From: Camelus dromedarius
Taxonomy: Eukaryota
Assembly: GCF_036321535.1 (NCBI RefSeq)
Contig: NC_087437.1
Location: 46,998,001-47,062,000 of the forward strand
Direction: 5' to 3'
Length of the DNA stretch: 64,000 bases
Part shown: piece by piece, positions 51,481-64,000 of the stretch
Position numbering within the stretch: position 1 is the first letter of the stretch
Layout of the letters: the number at the start of each line of letters is the position of its first letter
The notes under the pieces: model-generated
What the model saw: the letters and a program-made list of their open reading frames with translations, nothing else
What the model was told of the DNA's origin: nothing
The model's database searches: none
Position numbers and translations under genes: made by a program

Positions 51481-52959
51481 TCAATAAGTATTTAATGAAC
51501 TTGTAAATAAACTGATATTAGAGATATTTAGAAACATAAAATAACCTCCACCTGGTATAATTTGACATTGCTAATGAGACAGAAGGGAGGTGTTGAGGAT
51601 GATACCAAACTTTTTAGGTGAATGTTGGTTAGGAGAGTTTCACTGAATGACTTAGTAACCGAAGGTGGGCATTCCAATGCCTTCTAACGAATTATTGTCA
51701 TTCAATAGTCTGTAGCTAAATCTAAAATGCAAGGAACTGTATAGCTTAAAAATGCTCTACTGAAGTTTCCTGCATTTGCAAAAACAGATGAACCTCAATT
51801 GTTTTTTACCTCTTGCTTATAAGAGAAATAAATAAATATCAAAAACCAGTCCCATATCATTCTCCAGAAAACCCCAGCAGTGGCTCATTTTCTTGCCCTC
51901 CAAAAGAGTACTAAATCAAATACCAAACCAAAAGAAAGGAGAATGTGAAACTGACAGTTGTGGGCCGTGGAAGTTAACTAAATGGCTGATCCTTTGTAAT
52001 CACCTTCCCTATGGCGAAGGATGCCTAAAAGTGAGGTAGGGAGACTACTTTTCTGCCTCCTGCATCATTGAAGAACCAGAGGTTCTCGGACAGCAGCAGG
52101 TAGCTGGTAGCTGATGGAGGAAGAATTCCTTTCTTTCCATGGAACTGCTAGATTGTGAAAATAACACTGTGAGTTGCATCTGAGCTAAGACAAATCAACA
52201 CTCCACTGGGCCTCTTGCTGCAGCTGGGCTGAAGCTTACCAAATGGCCAGAGCAGGTGACAGTCAAAGAGGAGCTGGAGCCCAAGGATGAGCATGAGTCT
52301 GCCAGGATTTGGGGAGCTTCCTCAAGTATCAGCTAACCTTGGTCTCCAGTTCACACAGTTCTAGTAGATCATTAGATACTAGGGTAAAACAAAACATGGA
52401 GTAGGCAACAGAGCATTACTATAGAGAAATCATTGTTTGAAAAAAAAAATACACTGTGTCCTGAATCAGCCCAAGCAATATTATAAAATGGCTGGTGGGT
52501 GTGGATTCTCTCCACTCTCAAGTGATTCTTCCACTGGGGGAAAATGACAGTGGGGACCTCAAAGACATTGATCCCAGCCTCCACCTCCTCAATAATACAA
52601 TGATAGGAGAGCATAGGAGAGCTTTATCACTCCCCCATACATGGGAAGTTATTTGGTGGCATCACTGGAATTGGAACTTAGATCTGGTGATTTGCTACTC
52701 AGTCACTCTGCCAGAAACATCATCTGAGAAGAACGCAGCCTCAGCAGAGGGTCAGTGCCTGGCACTTCCTAAAATTTTATTCAGGGCTTTCAATGACATT
52801 TTTGCTTTACCTCAACTCCAAAGTTGCTACCCCCCAAAAAAAATCATATCAAAGAATTTATTTAATAACTTTTAGAATGCATTTTGTACTTGGTATGATG
52901 AACTTTTTATCCAGTGCTAAGGTAAGAGAAAAGAGACAGGAGAAACATTAATAGAAAAG

Positions 52960-53125
52960 AATCTCTGCAGCATGGTCTGATGGAAACGACTGCTTGTGTT
53001 AGAGTCCCAGATTCACCATGTGTTAGTTCGTGAACTTTCACAAATTATTTAATATTCCTGAGGTTCAGTCAGTTTGCTTCTACAATTGATCTAATAGTAC
53101 CTTACTTTTAGGACTGTTGTTTTAT
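52960..53125 (+). mobile_element. MIR SINE
   Basis: caaattatttaatattcctgagg...tcagtttgcttctacaa...taatagtaccttacttttaggactgttgt. Confidence 0.6.
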
Positions 53126-54529
53126 GGCTCCTCCAAATCTCCAGGATTGTGCACATCCAGGGTCATACTACCCAGGCATAGAATAAGAAGCTGCCACAAG
53201 AGAGAAAGTTTCCTCTTCTCGGAGCATCTGTTTTGGTCTATATTAAGTAATTTTAATTATTACTATGTATTAAAATAAATACATAGATAATGGATAAAAA
53301 TGCAAAATTCAGAAGAATTTTAAAATATAAATTACAGGGTCTTCAAAAATTTGTAGTTCGCAGTAGGTTCCTTTGCCTATGCCATCAGGCATATTCTCTC
53401 TACCAGCAAAAAAATTACCCTCCTGTGACGTGGTGGCGGTGGTTCAGTGAAAGACTTTCGGAAAGGAAACACTCTGCTTACCACATGGCATCCATACAGT
53501 TTCTTTCCCTCTTCTGGCACATTGTTCTAATGTGAGAGACTAGATGTGATGTGCAAACTCGGCACTGCTTGAAAATAAGACAACTAATCAAAATTGCAAA
53601 ATGACAGCACAAATGGAATCACAGGCCATAAGGGAGCCATAGAAAGCAAGTGGGTGCAGTGGGCAATGCGCAGCTGAGGCAGAGGTCTGGCGAGTTCTCA
53701 AGTTGTTCTCAGACTAGGACTGGGACAGGAATACACAGAGAGAAGCCCATATTTGGTGGGGCTTAGTTCATGGCAGAAATGACAGTTTAAAGATCTACAA
53801 CAGTCCCCTGTTACTAAGAGGGCACAGTTTCATATTCACAAGGGCTTGTCCCTGAACTAGGTAATGTCCCACGTTATTCTTCTTGGGTAAATCGAAGCCA
53901 TCAATTACCGCCTCCTAGTGCAGCTGCTCCAGGTGCTGCACGACAGACAGGGCTGAAAAGGAAATCATTGGCCACGCATGGCTCCTTCTGGAATTGTTTG
54001 CTGCCAGTAATAGTGTCAGACAACTGCTGAAGGCACTGTTTAATTCTTGCCCCATGCCAAGCTCAGACACCAACCAAGTGCTGTCCAAGGCCTGCTATTC
54101 ATCACTCAACCACATGCATCCGAACCTCGAAGACCTTAGTACAGCCTTCATGGAGGTGCGGAAACATGATTCCCTTAACCTGTGGCTGGTTCGGCAGTAA
54201 AGCCTCATTCACTACTCCTTCCTTTTAGTCTCTTGGTCTTAATGATACTCCTAACACGGGTAAGTGTAATGACCAAACTCAGAAGTGCTCCTGTAAGCCA
54301 CTAAGAACCAGATTTAGCTACCATTTTTGGAAGATAATTGTGCAATGAAAGGTTAAAGAAAGATAGTTTTGTAAGCTGAGGTTTGAATTATTTACAAACA
54401 GTTGGTGATAATCATTTGCTCAGACAATAACTATTAATAACTGCTTTGAGCCAGGCATGGTTCTAATCTAAACCCCAACACTCTTTGATAGTTAGTTGTG
54501 CATGTGGATCAAATCTGAAAGAATCATGA

Positions 54530-55500
54530 GTGTTTTGAAAGTAAACAATTTGTACATGCTTGTAAAAAGTAGGTTCAAATACTTGAGAAAATCAACAGTA
54601 TATGTCCTTCTTACAACCATCGCCCCATCCCACTATTAGTGATCTGCTAATTCTCCAGTAAGTTTTCTTTGTATGAAATGTGCGTGCGTGTTCAAATATA
54701 AACTAAGTGGTGTTTTTCCTTTTGACAAAATGTTGTAATACTATACACATATTTCTTTAATACAGTTTTTCATTTATATCGTGGGCATTTGTCTATAAAT
54801 CTTACATGTCTTTTTGATTCTTTTAACAGCTATGTGATATTATATTGAATTAATTTAGCATCTTAAATTTCATGATTTCCTCGATTTTCTCTGTCTGTGC
54901 ATATTTAGGTTGTGTCCAGTTTTTCTCTATTACACATAAGCCATCCACGAGCACCTTTGTATTTATAGCTTGTATACTTTTGCGAATATCTCTGACACAT
55001 GGTTTCTAGAAGTGAAGTTGAGACTATGACTATGCATAATTTAACATTATTTCTAAATGTTATTCAGAGTACTAAACTGTCCCCCCAAATACTATACCAA
55101 TTTATACTCTGACTAATATTATATGGAATAGCTCAATTCCTCGCACCCATTTTAACATTGGACACTATCCATTTTAAGAAAATTTTGCCAGTTCAAAAAA
55201 ATTTTTAAATATATGTCTTAACGAGCATTTTTTTTTGTCTTAAATAGTATTTCCTAATCACTACTGAACACGGAACTATCTTTCAGTCAGGTCATTTTTA
55301 CATTTGTTCTGTAAATTGCCAATTCATATCATTCTCTTGGCTCCTCCACTAGGCTGAGCTCCAAAAGACAAAGCTTTATCTTTTCACATTGATTTATAGG
55401 AGCTTTGTGTAAAGTAGAGCTATTTGCCTTTAGTCTTCCATACGTCTTTCACAAGTTAGTTTTTCTTAGTTAGTTCTTCTATTTGTTTTCTTCTGTCTTA
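54530..55500 (-). mobile_element. Old L1ME-type fragment
   Basis: atatttaggttgtgtccagttttt...ttctagaagtgaagttg...taccaatttatactct. Confidence 0.65.
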
Positions 55501-55580
55501 TTCTCTATCTTCCACGTTGTATACTTTCAATAATGCATGCTCACCATTGGCTGTCTGTTCTTACTTAAAAGCAAGGCATT

Positions 55581-55717
55581 TAAAAACCTATAATGGAAAA
55601 GAATCTGAAAAAGAATATGTATATATGTGTATGTGTGTGTATACACTGAATCACTTTGTTACACACCTAGAACTAACACATTATAAATCAACTATACTTT
55701 AATAAAAAAATTTTAAA
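55581..55717 (+). mobile_element. Short L1 3' terminus (artiodactyl-type)
   Basis: aacctataatggaaaagaatctgaaaaagaatat...actgaatcactttg...aaatcaactatactttaataaaaaaa. Confidence 0.85.
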
Positions 55718-56240
55718 ACAACAATAACTAGAAGCTCTGGGTGTAAAGGTGGGACTTGCCAAATGATAGACTTCACTGTGAGATCCTATGGAAAGCTGAT
55801 TTTTCCTTGGAGAATCCCAAAATATCAGTACTTTCAGACCTCTTCCCTGAAGCTGTCCAGTTTTTCCAGAAAACAGTCTATCTCTGCCTAAAAGAACTGG
55901 TAAGGTCAAAGATTTTCACAGATATCCTAGAAACCTATCAGGGGAAGTAGGCTGGAGATTTCACATTTCAGTATTCAGACTTTTACCTAATTCCCCTGTT
56001 TTCAGCCCAAGGTCTCACCACCATCTGATCTCTCTAAGTCAAGGGGATCGCTGGTCAGTTTCTCCAGAGTATAAGCCCACTATCTCCTGCTGAATTAGAG
56101 ACGTGTATTCACCTGGCTTCTAAGATTAGGGGTGGGAACCTGAGGATCTGACTATCCTATTAGGGCACATCAATCAAACTTCTAGGATTCAGCCCATAAC
56201 CCAACATGGTTGCCTTTATTCTGGAATCATTATGACATTT

Positions 56241-56732
56241 AAAAAAAAATTTTAAATCGAAGGATAGTTGATTTACAACGCTGTTTTAGTTTCAGGTGTA
56301 CAGCAAAGTAATTCAGCTTTATATATACATAGATGGATAGATAGATAGAGAGATATTCCTTTTCAGATTCTTTTCCATTATAAGATACTGAATATAGTTC
56401 CTTCTGCTATACAGTAGGTCCTTGTGGTTTATCTACTTTATATATAGTAGTGTGTATATGTTAATCTCAAACTCCTAATTTATCCCTCCCCTGCTTTCTC
56501 CTTTGGTAACCATAAGTTTGTTTTCGATGTCTGTGAGTCTATTTCTGGATTGTAAATAAGTTTATTTGTATCATTTTTTAAATCCTGTGTATAAGTGATT
56601 ATCATATGATATTTGTCTTTCTCTGTCTGATTTACTTCATTTAATATGATAATCTCTAGGTCCATCCATGTTGCTGAAAATGCTATTATTTCATTCTTTT
56701 TTATGCCTGAGTAATAGTCCATTATCTATATC

Positions 56733-56770
<38 letters not shown>

Positions 56771-57855
56771 TGCCACATCTTTATCCATTCACCTGTTGAT
56801 GGACATTTAGGTTGCTTTCATATCTTGGTTGTTGTAAATAATGCTGCTATGAACACTGGGGTGCATGTATCTTTTCAATACAGAGTTTTCTTCAGGTATA
56901 TATCCAGGAGTGGACTTTCTGGATCACATGATAACTTTATTTTTAAGGAATCTCCATATTGTTTTCCATAGTGGCTGCACTAATTTACATTCCCACCAAC
57001 AGTGTAAGAGGGTTTCCTTTTCTCCACACCCTCTCCAGCATTTATTATTTGTAGACTTTTTAATGATGACCATTCTGATCAATGTGAGGTGATACCTCAT
57101 TGTACTTTTGATTTGCATTTCTCTAGTAATTAGTGATGTTGAGCATCTTTTCATGTGCTTATTGGTCATCTATATGTCTTCTTTGGAGAAATATCTATTT
57201 AGGTCTTCTGCCCATTTTTTGATTTTTTAAAAATAGTAAGCTGTATGAGTCACTTGTATATTTTAGAAATTAACCCCTTATCATTAGTAAATATCTTCTC
57301 CCATTCTATAGCCGGAAGAATCAGCCCTCCTTTAGACAATACTACAAAGGTACAGTAATCAAAACAGCACGCTACTGGCACAAAAAAAAAAAAGACACAT
57401 AGATAAATGGAACAGGATAGAAAGCCCAGAAAAACACCTTGAACTTATAGTCAATTAATCTATGACAAAGGAGGTACAAATGAATGTACAACAGAGAAAA
57501 AACAGTCTCTTCAATAGCGGTGCTGAGAAAACTGGATAGGTATATGTAAAAGAATGAAACTAGAACATTCTCTAACACCATATACAAAAATAAATTCAAA
57601 ATGGATTAAAGACCTAAATGTAAGACTGGATACTCTAAAACTCCTAGTGGAAAACTTAGGCAGAACACTCTTTGACATAAATTGCAGCAATATTTTTTTG
57701 AATCCATCTCCTAGAGTAATGTAAATAAAAGCAAAAATAAACAAATGGGACCTAGTTAAACTTAAAAGCTTCTGCACAGCAAAGGAAACCTTAAACAAAA
57801 CAAAAAGACAACCTATGGAATGGGAGGAAACAGTTGCAAATGATGTGACCAACAA
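56241..57855 (-). mobile_element. 5'-inverted (twin-primed) L1: minus segment 56241-57311, inverted plus segment 57312-57855
   Basis: Minus-strand ORF2 peptides ([33 protein letters not shown]); plus-strand ORF2 DNA after 57312; TSD ggaatcattatgacattt 56223-56240 vs ggaatcacgataacattt 57856-57873 (15/18). Confidence 0.9.
56733..56770. repeat. (TAGA)9 tetranucleotide microsatellite
   Basis: Nine perfect TAGA units plus TA inside the L1 3' region. Confidence 0.95.
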
Positions 57856-58246
57856 GGAATCACGATAACATTTTTCAAGATAAATTCCCTTGCTTGTGGT
57901 TGGTAGCCTATTCTGAAAGCACTTAGGTTTTTGCCACTCTCCCAGCTGTTTGCTTTCCATCTTCTAAACACATTAAAATCTCACGTCCACTATTGTTTCC
58001 TCTTCTGTTTTTTTTTTTTTTTCTTCTTGTGGGTTTATGCTTTTTAAAATCCTCTACAATTGTTTTAGTAAAATGAAGTAAAGGGAAAAAAGTTAGAATT
58101 CTGTGTCTAATCTTCCCTGTCTAACTGGAAGTTTTTCATATGACTTGTCTTAAAAGCAGATGTGTCTGAGAGTCTCTGCCAGGCAGAATTCATTGGCAAT
58201 TCTCTTTAGTTTATTTATCACATTAATTTATGTGACAACTTTTCTT

Positions 58247-58659
58247 GTTTTTATTGAAGTATAACTGACTTCAATATTATATTAGTTTCAGGTGTACAAC
58301 TTAGAGATTCAATACTTTCAGATGTTACAAACTGATCAAAAGTCTAGTTACTATCTTTCACCATACAGAGTTATTACAATATTGACTATATTCCCTATGC
58401 TCTACATCACATTTCCATGACTTATTTATTTTATAACTGGAAGTTTGTACCTCTTATTCTCCCTTGCCCATTTCACTCATCCCCTTTTTCTCTGGCAGCC
58501 ACTAGTTTGTTTTATCTATGACTCAGTTTCTGTTTTATTACCTTTGTCCATTTTTTTTATGTTTTAGATTCCACATATGAATGAGATCATATGGTATTTG
58601 TCTTTCTCTATCTCACTTATTCTCTCAGGATAATATCTCTAAGTTCATCCATATTGTGG
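58247..58659 (-). mobile_element. Truncated L1 3' end with TSD
   Basis: ttattgaagtataactgacttcaatattatattagtttcaggtgtacaac...; TSD gacaacttttctt 58234-58246 vs gacagcttttctt 58660-58672 (12/13). Confidence 0.88.
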
Positions 58660-58969
58660 GACAGCTTTTCTTAGGAATATTTAATAAATGAACAAGGAAA
58701 TGTTGAGACTGATAAGAAAAGCTCTGAACTGGAATCAGGATACAGGCTTTAGTTTTGATTCTACCACTAATTAGCCCATTTTCTTAAAGAAGTCTCAGAC
58801 TCAATTTCTGCATCAGCATAATGAGAGGGTTTAAATATGGGAGTGCTAAGGTGATGGATTTTTGAATGAAGGATGTTGAGACTGGTGACACAATGATGCT
58901 GGAACATGAGGCATGCCCTAAACAACAAAAGGACTGACAGGGCACTGTGGTTTAGGATCCTGCTTCACA

Positions 58970-59150
58970 AGGAGGCAAAACAGTGCAGCAGAGTTTGGGA
59001 ATTTGGAATCAGACAGCCCTGTGTTCAAATCCTCAATGCATAAAATACAGTTGTGTAACAGCTGTGTTGACTCCTGACAGTCTTGTTTTCCTCACTTTCA
59101 AATATAATTATATTTTATAAGACTGTTACGTAGATTAAAGAGTAAACTAA
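58970..59150 (+). mobile_element. MIR SINE
   Basis: tttggaatcagacagccctgtgttcaaatcc...ttttcctcac...actgttacgtagattaaa. Confidence 0.6.
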
Positions 59151-59444
59151 TTAGTATATAATTAGTAATGCTGGGTTGTTTGTTTGTTTTTAACGTGTCC
59201 TTGCTGATTGCTATTTGGAATTCTCCCCGCAGATACTTCTGAACAACTTTTCTGATCCACCTCTCCTTTCTGAAGTGTGAGATTCTCTCTTCATTGTCTG
59301 ATGCACAGGAACCTGACCTAACTCAGGGTGGGCGCTTGGCTATAAGGTATGCTGGAATCATTAAAATGTTTGTACTGCTGGAAAACATGGGGAGAAACTG
59401 CAAGTCAGTGAGCCTGGAGCTAAAGAAATGATTCTGGTGGTGGA

Positions 59445-59462
59445 GCTGCCCCCTGACGGTCA
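59445..59462 (-). promoter_or_regulatory. Candidate CTCF binding site (reverse orientation)
   Basis: Reverse complement TGACCGTCAGGGGGCAGC is close to TGGCCACCAGGGGGCAGC. Confidence 0.4.
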
Positions 59463-60546
59463 GCATCCAGAGGTTTTGGCCAATCTGATTAGTGTGCTGT
59501 CAGCATCAAAGTGTCCAATTTAATAGGTGAGGCACAACTGCAAAGGTACAGACAAGGTGTGAGTCTTGAGGTCAGGCAGCATAGGGGTGCGGAGACTCGG
59601 CATAGGCAAGGCTATTTGGAGCAGTATTAGTCTTTCTCTTAATGTGGTGACTAGGGATTAAAAATTCAATCCTGAAGAGATAGTCAGTAAGAATAGGGCT
59701 GGAGGCCAGATCCTAGCCAAGTGTGCTGAGGCTCTGAGGACAGGGTTGTGCTCATGGCAGGAACTCAGAGGTTCAATAAAATAAACTGAAGCAGAAGGCC
59801 AGTCAGTCAGGGTGGGCTCTCATGACTGGGTTAACAGAAGTCGATGGCACATCATGCTCGTACGTGTTCAGGGCTCCCAGCAGATTCATGGCATAGTGGA
59901 CATGCAGCCAGATCAGCTTCCTTCTGGTCCAGTGCACCGCCAGCCTTGCCCCAGATGGTCCACGAGTAATGCAGGGCTACACCTGCAGGGACCACAGTGG
60001 GCTGGACTGGGCAGAGGGCAGACAGAACAATTACACTTGTGTTGACTTTGCTGCTCAAACAGGGCACAGGCCACAGGTAGCTGCATTTTACCAGAAAGTG
60101 AGGGAGGACCCTGAGAAAAGACTGTGACTCTTACAGGTGTTGCACGATATACTTAAAAGAAAGAAACATTATTAGGGGAGACTGCTTCAGGCTTGTCCTT
60201 TGCCTGGTAGTTCTCTTCTCCAAAAGAGGAGTAGCTGAGAGAAGAAAAGAGCTAGCTCGATGTAGTGAGTAAGAAAATTTCAGAATTTGAAATTAGGAGA
60301 GTTTCTTGGGAGAGCATGATCCTGGGCACATAAATTGACTGAGACTGAGCCCAGAAGCAGCCAGTCTGGGACTTTATCAGAGGCTCCAAATGTTTGGTTT
60401 TGGGGGGATCAGGCTTTCAATGGAAACAGGAGAGGATTAAAAAAAATTTTTTTCCTTTTAATGTTGGTAATCAAGTTTATTAACATTCTCAAAGTTCATT
60501 TAAAAACGACATTTCAAAGAGCTGCTTCTTTTTCAATTACTCAAAC

Positions 60547-60590
60547 TGACAGGCCCATTTTTGACCTGTCATTTCTGATGGATTAGGTCA
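60547..60590. promoter_or_regulatory. MEIS/PREP plus PBX-HOX motif cluster (candidate enhancer)
   Basis: TGACAG 60547-60552, CTGTCA 60566-60571, TGATGGATTA 60576-60585 in sequence I could not assign to a repeat. Confidence 0.3.
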
Positions 60591-63500
60591 GTCAAATTGC
60601 ACTGGATTATAAGTGCCGCACAGCACAGCATCAGTCATGTAATTGAACAGGACATATAGATCAGTGACGAGGATACCAGAGACGCTGTTTTCTGAAAGAC
60701 TGATGTATCTAAATACCTATTTTTCACCTCTGATTGTTTTTCTCAAACTTCATTTTTTCTATTTTGCTTTTTCTCATATTTCTCCTGGTTTCTTGAAAGC
60801 CTTCCCTGCATCCTTGACTTCCTCTAGTTTGTCCATTCCCCAGAGAGGACCAATAAGTGAATAAGCATCTTTTCCTCAACTTGAGCACCACAGGAGAAAA
60901 GCATATATGTGAATGGCTTGGCTTGTTATAATATGGGGTAACTCAGAGCATTAAAGGGACTGAAGAATCAGTCTTTGAACAGGACAAAAAGATCTCTTGA
61001 TGTCTACATTGTGGGGGTGTCACTCTCACAGGAACACCATCATTTTCAGTTGTTGTGTCTTCTGCTCTATATACTAATTCCATAGAGAAAGGTCTGGTGG
61101 TCCTAGTCGGGTCTTCTCCCACTATCTGGCTAAGGAAAAAAAAAGAGCTTCTTCATTCATGATCCTACCAAATCTGTACTCATTGGAGGATATTATTCCC
61201 AAAGTGGAAGAGATGAGCTGCTTGGTCTGAAAACCCCCAGATATCTGCTGCAGCCCCAAAGAAGCGGGTTCCCATGATGCCAGGTCTGGGTAGTATAGAG
61301 ATGGCAAATAAAATGCTGTGCTAGAACCTCAGTAGTGTTGGTACCCTATGAAATCAATGAAGCCATTACTAAAAGTACTAAGTGATAGGGGAAGCTGAGG
61401 ATGAGTTCCACATCACAAACACCAAATAAAGATGATAACAATACCAACTTTTATAGGCTGCATGTGAGGAATATATGAGATAACGCCAGCAAGGTGCACC
61501 CTGAAGTGCCCAATACTTAAAAGCAGTCATGTATGTTATCCTTGTTGATACAGTCCCAAGATTGCCAAATAGACATTATTTCACTATAGCTTATTCCTTT
61601 CAGATGTTCATACTTCATCTCCTTTATCATAGCAGTTTTTCCATCTAAGAGAAGCTATATTCAGAAGCCTCTGTTAGACATCTGCATGGTTAGAGTTGGA
61701 CTACAAAATAAACAAAATAGTTTACCTTGCCCCTCTATATTAAACCTGACTGTTGTCATGCTAAGCACACTTCCCTCCTATCTATCTGTTACTCTGGACT
61801 TCAGGGCACCATATGAATAAAAGTGTGGAATAAATATTTGACTGAGGTAGGAAGACGGGAAAGAGGAAGAAGAGACATGGATGATACCAAGAGTGACATG
61901 CATGATGAAAGCTCTTTGAGAACTTGCAGATTCTTAGAAGCCAAGAGAGAAATTAAACCTACTCAAGAATTCTTTCTCACCCACAATCCTTAAGTGTCCA
62001 GCATCCTATGACCAGGGCCCTTTAATGAGCAGCAGTCATTGGAGGCACCAGACTTGTAAGACCAAGACATATGGAGCTTCCCAGATGCCCAGATTCAGCC
62101 TAAGAACTCCAGAGAAATGCTTGGTTCCTCAGCCTCAATTAGCTTCAGGCTTTTCAAATGCTACTTCTGTGACCATTGAATTGCTAACAGCTTTCTCTTC
62201 TCCAAAGGCCATTTAAGCTTTTAGAAGATTGTACTTCTACCAGGGCAATAGTAATTGGCACTGCTGCTGACATCTGTAGCTGCTGGAGTGACAGGCATTG
62301 CAGTGACTTCTGGTCTTCCGTCCGATCTCATCCAGAAACATTTCTTTCCCTCATGGCTAACAGTTCTTACCTTCCCTTGCTCTCTAAGACTGATTATAAA
62401 ATTTAGCTCATTAATTGTGTTATATGGTGCTGTAAAATATCTGGGGAGAAAATTCATATTAAAGCTGGTCTGAAACCCAGAAAATATAAAGCATTGTTAT
62501 TGGCAGAGGATATATAATTATAGTGACAGTGAATTCAGGAGATAGTGTTTTTCATAGCCTAGGGAGAGAGTGTAATCTTAGGTTTTATGAAATTTTAATT
62601 AAATGAATATATAGGCTCAAATAATACATAGCAGACACAAAATGTACAGACCTCCAATTATCCCCAGTGAATTTTCTGTTCTTGAGATGCCAAAAAGGGA
62701 AATACTTGACAGATGGGCCATATATGCAACACATGACACTGATAGCTTCAATTTGTTTTACATACTGCAGGAAAGTTGAATCTGAAACTACAGTTGTATG
62801 ATATAACTGAATATGCATATATTTATATAAACAATATATGTATATAGTCAAGAGAACTCTAAATACAAAATTGTTTTTAGACCTAAGTTTCTTAAATGTC
62901 CAGGATTTAATTTGTAACTTAATTCATAATAACCTTGCTATTTTGGCACTATTGATAACCTGTTTCATAGTCTGTCTTTTGTAACTAAATTATAGAAATC
63001 AAAATTTGGCAACCATTATATCTAAATGGAATCTCTAAATCAGGATAAAGTCCGTTACCAGTGACAAAACTGAATTCTTTCCAAATTTGTGTAGTCTACC
63101 TGAAATCTTTCAGAATACTAACTTTAATAGTTAATTGGACATCATGAAGACAATCTGCTACATATCAACAAAGGCTCAACTCTAATAGTAAAGTTGCTGC
63201 TCATTAACCATTAATCATTACCATTAATCTTCCTGTTTAAAAATGAAAGACACAGCCATGTGTTTTAGAAGCCCTATTTGCTTCCAAATAGGAGTTTGTC
63301 CAAAAAAAGTATCTCGATATAGGTAAAATGTATCTGAATTATTGCCTGGAATTTTCACCTTTTTGTCCTAGTATTTTGGCACAAGAAAGATAGCCTCAGG
63401 TGATATACTTGTAATTGCATCAACGCTCCCTCATTTCAGAAAGCATTTAGTGAGTGACACATGAGGTCCTGGAAGATACCAAGGTGAATAAGACTACTTC

Positions 63501-63689
63501 AGACTTCAGGGAGATGAAAGTCTGGCAGTATGTAGTAAAACACTGTACTTACAAGAAACTGAAGGCAGGTGGTGCCAAAAAAAATCATGACATAGAAAAG
63601 GGAAAGGGGGCAGGTATGGAGCTCAAATAATGCCTCCTGGAGCTGTCAGTGCAGCAGCCTCGAGAGTAACAGGTCCAAGACTTAAGACG

Positions 63690-63885
63690 TGGAGGACCTG
63701 AATCTGATTCCCAGATGGGACAGGGACTCTGTGTGAGTTGGGCAAGTCACTCAACGTCTCTGGAGCTCCATGTCCACAACTGTAAAATGGAAGTAATAAT
63801 CTCTCTTTACAAGGTTGCTGCATAATTGAGATAATGCTTTTCAACCCATTAATAGTAGACTCTGAGGTACAGGTAGATAAGATTC
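63690..63885 (+). mobile_element. MIR SINE
   Basis: tgtgagttgggcaagtcactcaacgtctctggagctcca...ctgtaaaatggaagtaataat...aggttgctg. Confidence 0.8.
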
Positions 63886-64000
63886 TAAAACGCAATGCTT
63901 CTGCCTTTTAAAACATCCTTTAGGAGTCATTACTGGCTTGATTTCAAAAGTAGTTTTAAAAGGGGTTGAGGAGCCACTGGAAACTTTGGTGTATACTAAA

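Larger units (their letters stand above)
55730..58135 (-). mobile_element. Old L1ME/HAL1-type 5' end, split by a younger L1 (56241-57855)
   Basis: aattcccctgttttcagccc before the younger L1 and gtctaatcttccctgtctaactggaagt (antisense of an acttcc-type 5' terminus) after it. Confidence 0.5.

Noticed and set aside
52905..52927. Possible 7-nt microexon (ttttatccag TGCTAAG gtaaga)
   Set aside because: Frame-shifting length, short pyrimidine tract and no gene context.
57511..57960. 149-aa minus-strand ORF
   Set aside because: Mostly antisense reading of L1 ORF2 DNA, a common artefact.
1..64000. A novel multi-gene, defence or viral system; numt; processed pseudogene; tRNA/rRNA gene
   Set aside because: No long ORFs, operon structure, ERV internal genes, mitochondrial-like sequence or RNA genes were recognisable; every recognisable peptide is L1-derived.

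Overview
AT-rich, CpG-poor mammalian genomic DNA, intronic or intergenic. I recognise no host protein-coding gene, RNA gene, CpG island or prokaryote-type system. Much of the window is interspersed repeat: one decayed full-length L1 (9846-16113) with TSDs, many truncated or rearranged L1s, L2/L3/MIR fossils, solo LTRs (MER41-like ERV1, MLT1A-like, LTR40- and LTR33-like) and hAT/Tc1-mariner MITEs. The L1 3' ends are laurasiatherian, and one short, apparently young L1 tail resembles camelid L1. No Alu, B1/B2, Bov-tA, PRE-1 or CanSINE was seen, so a camelid source is plausible (inference). Repeat family names come from recalled consensus sequences, not a search, and boundaries without TSDs are approximate. 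The longest ORFs in the track are L1 debris or chance. The best sequence-verifiable oddities are: (i) a 1.7-kb L1 insertion built from about 9 pieces in both orientations, several joined at microhomologies, between one TSD pair; (ii) a 54-bp copy of sequence from 2.8 kb away, inserted with a 15-bp duplication; (iii) a MER41-like LTR whose STAT site has N4 spacing; (iv) a candidate exon with strong splice sites in a repeat-poor block; (v) convergent CTCF motifs and a PBX-HOX/MEIS cluster. I found no evidence of a previously undescribed biological system.
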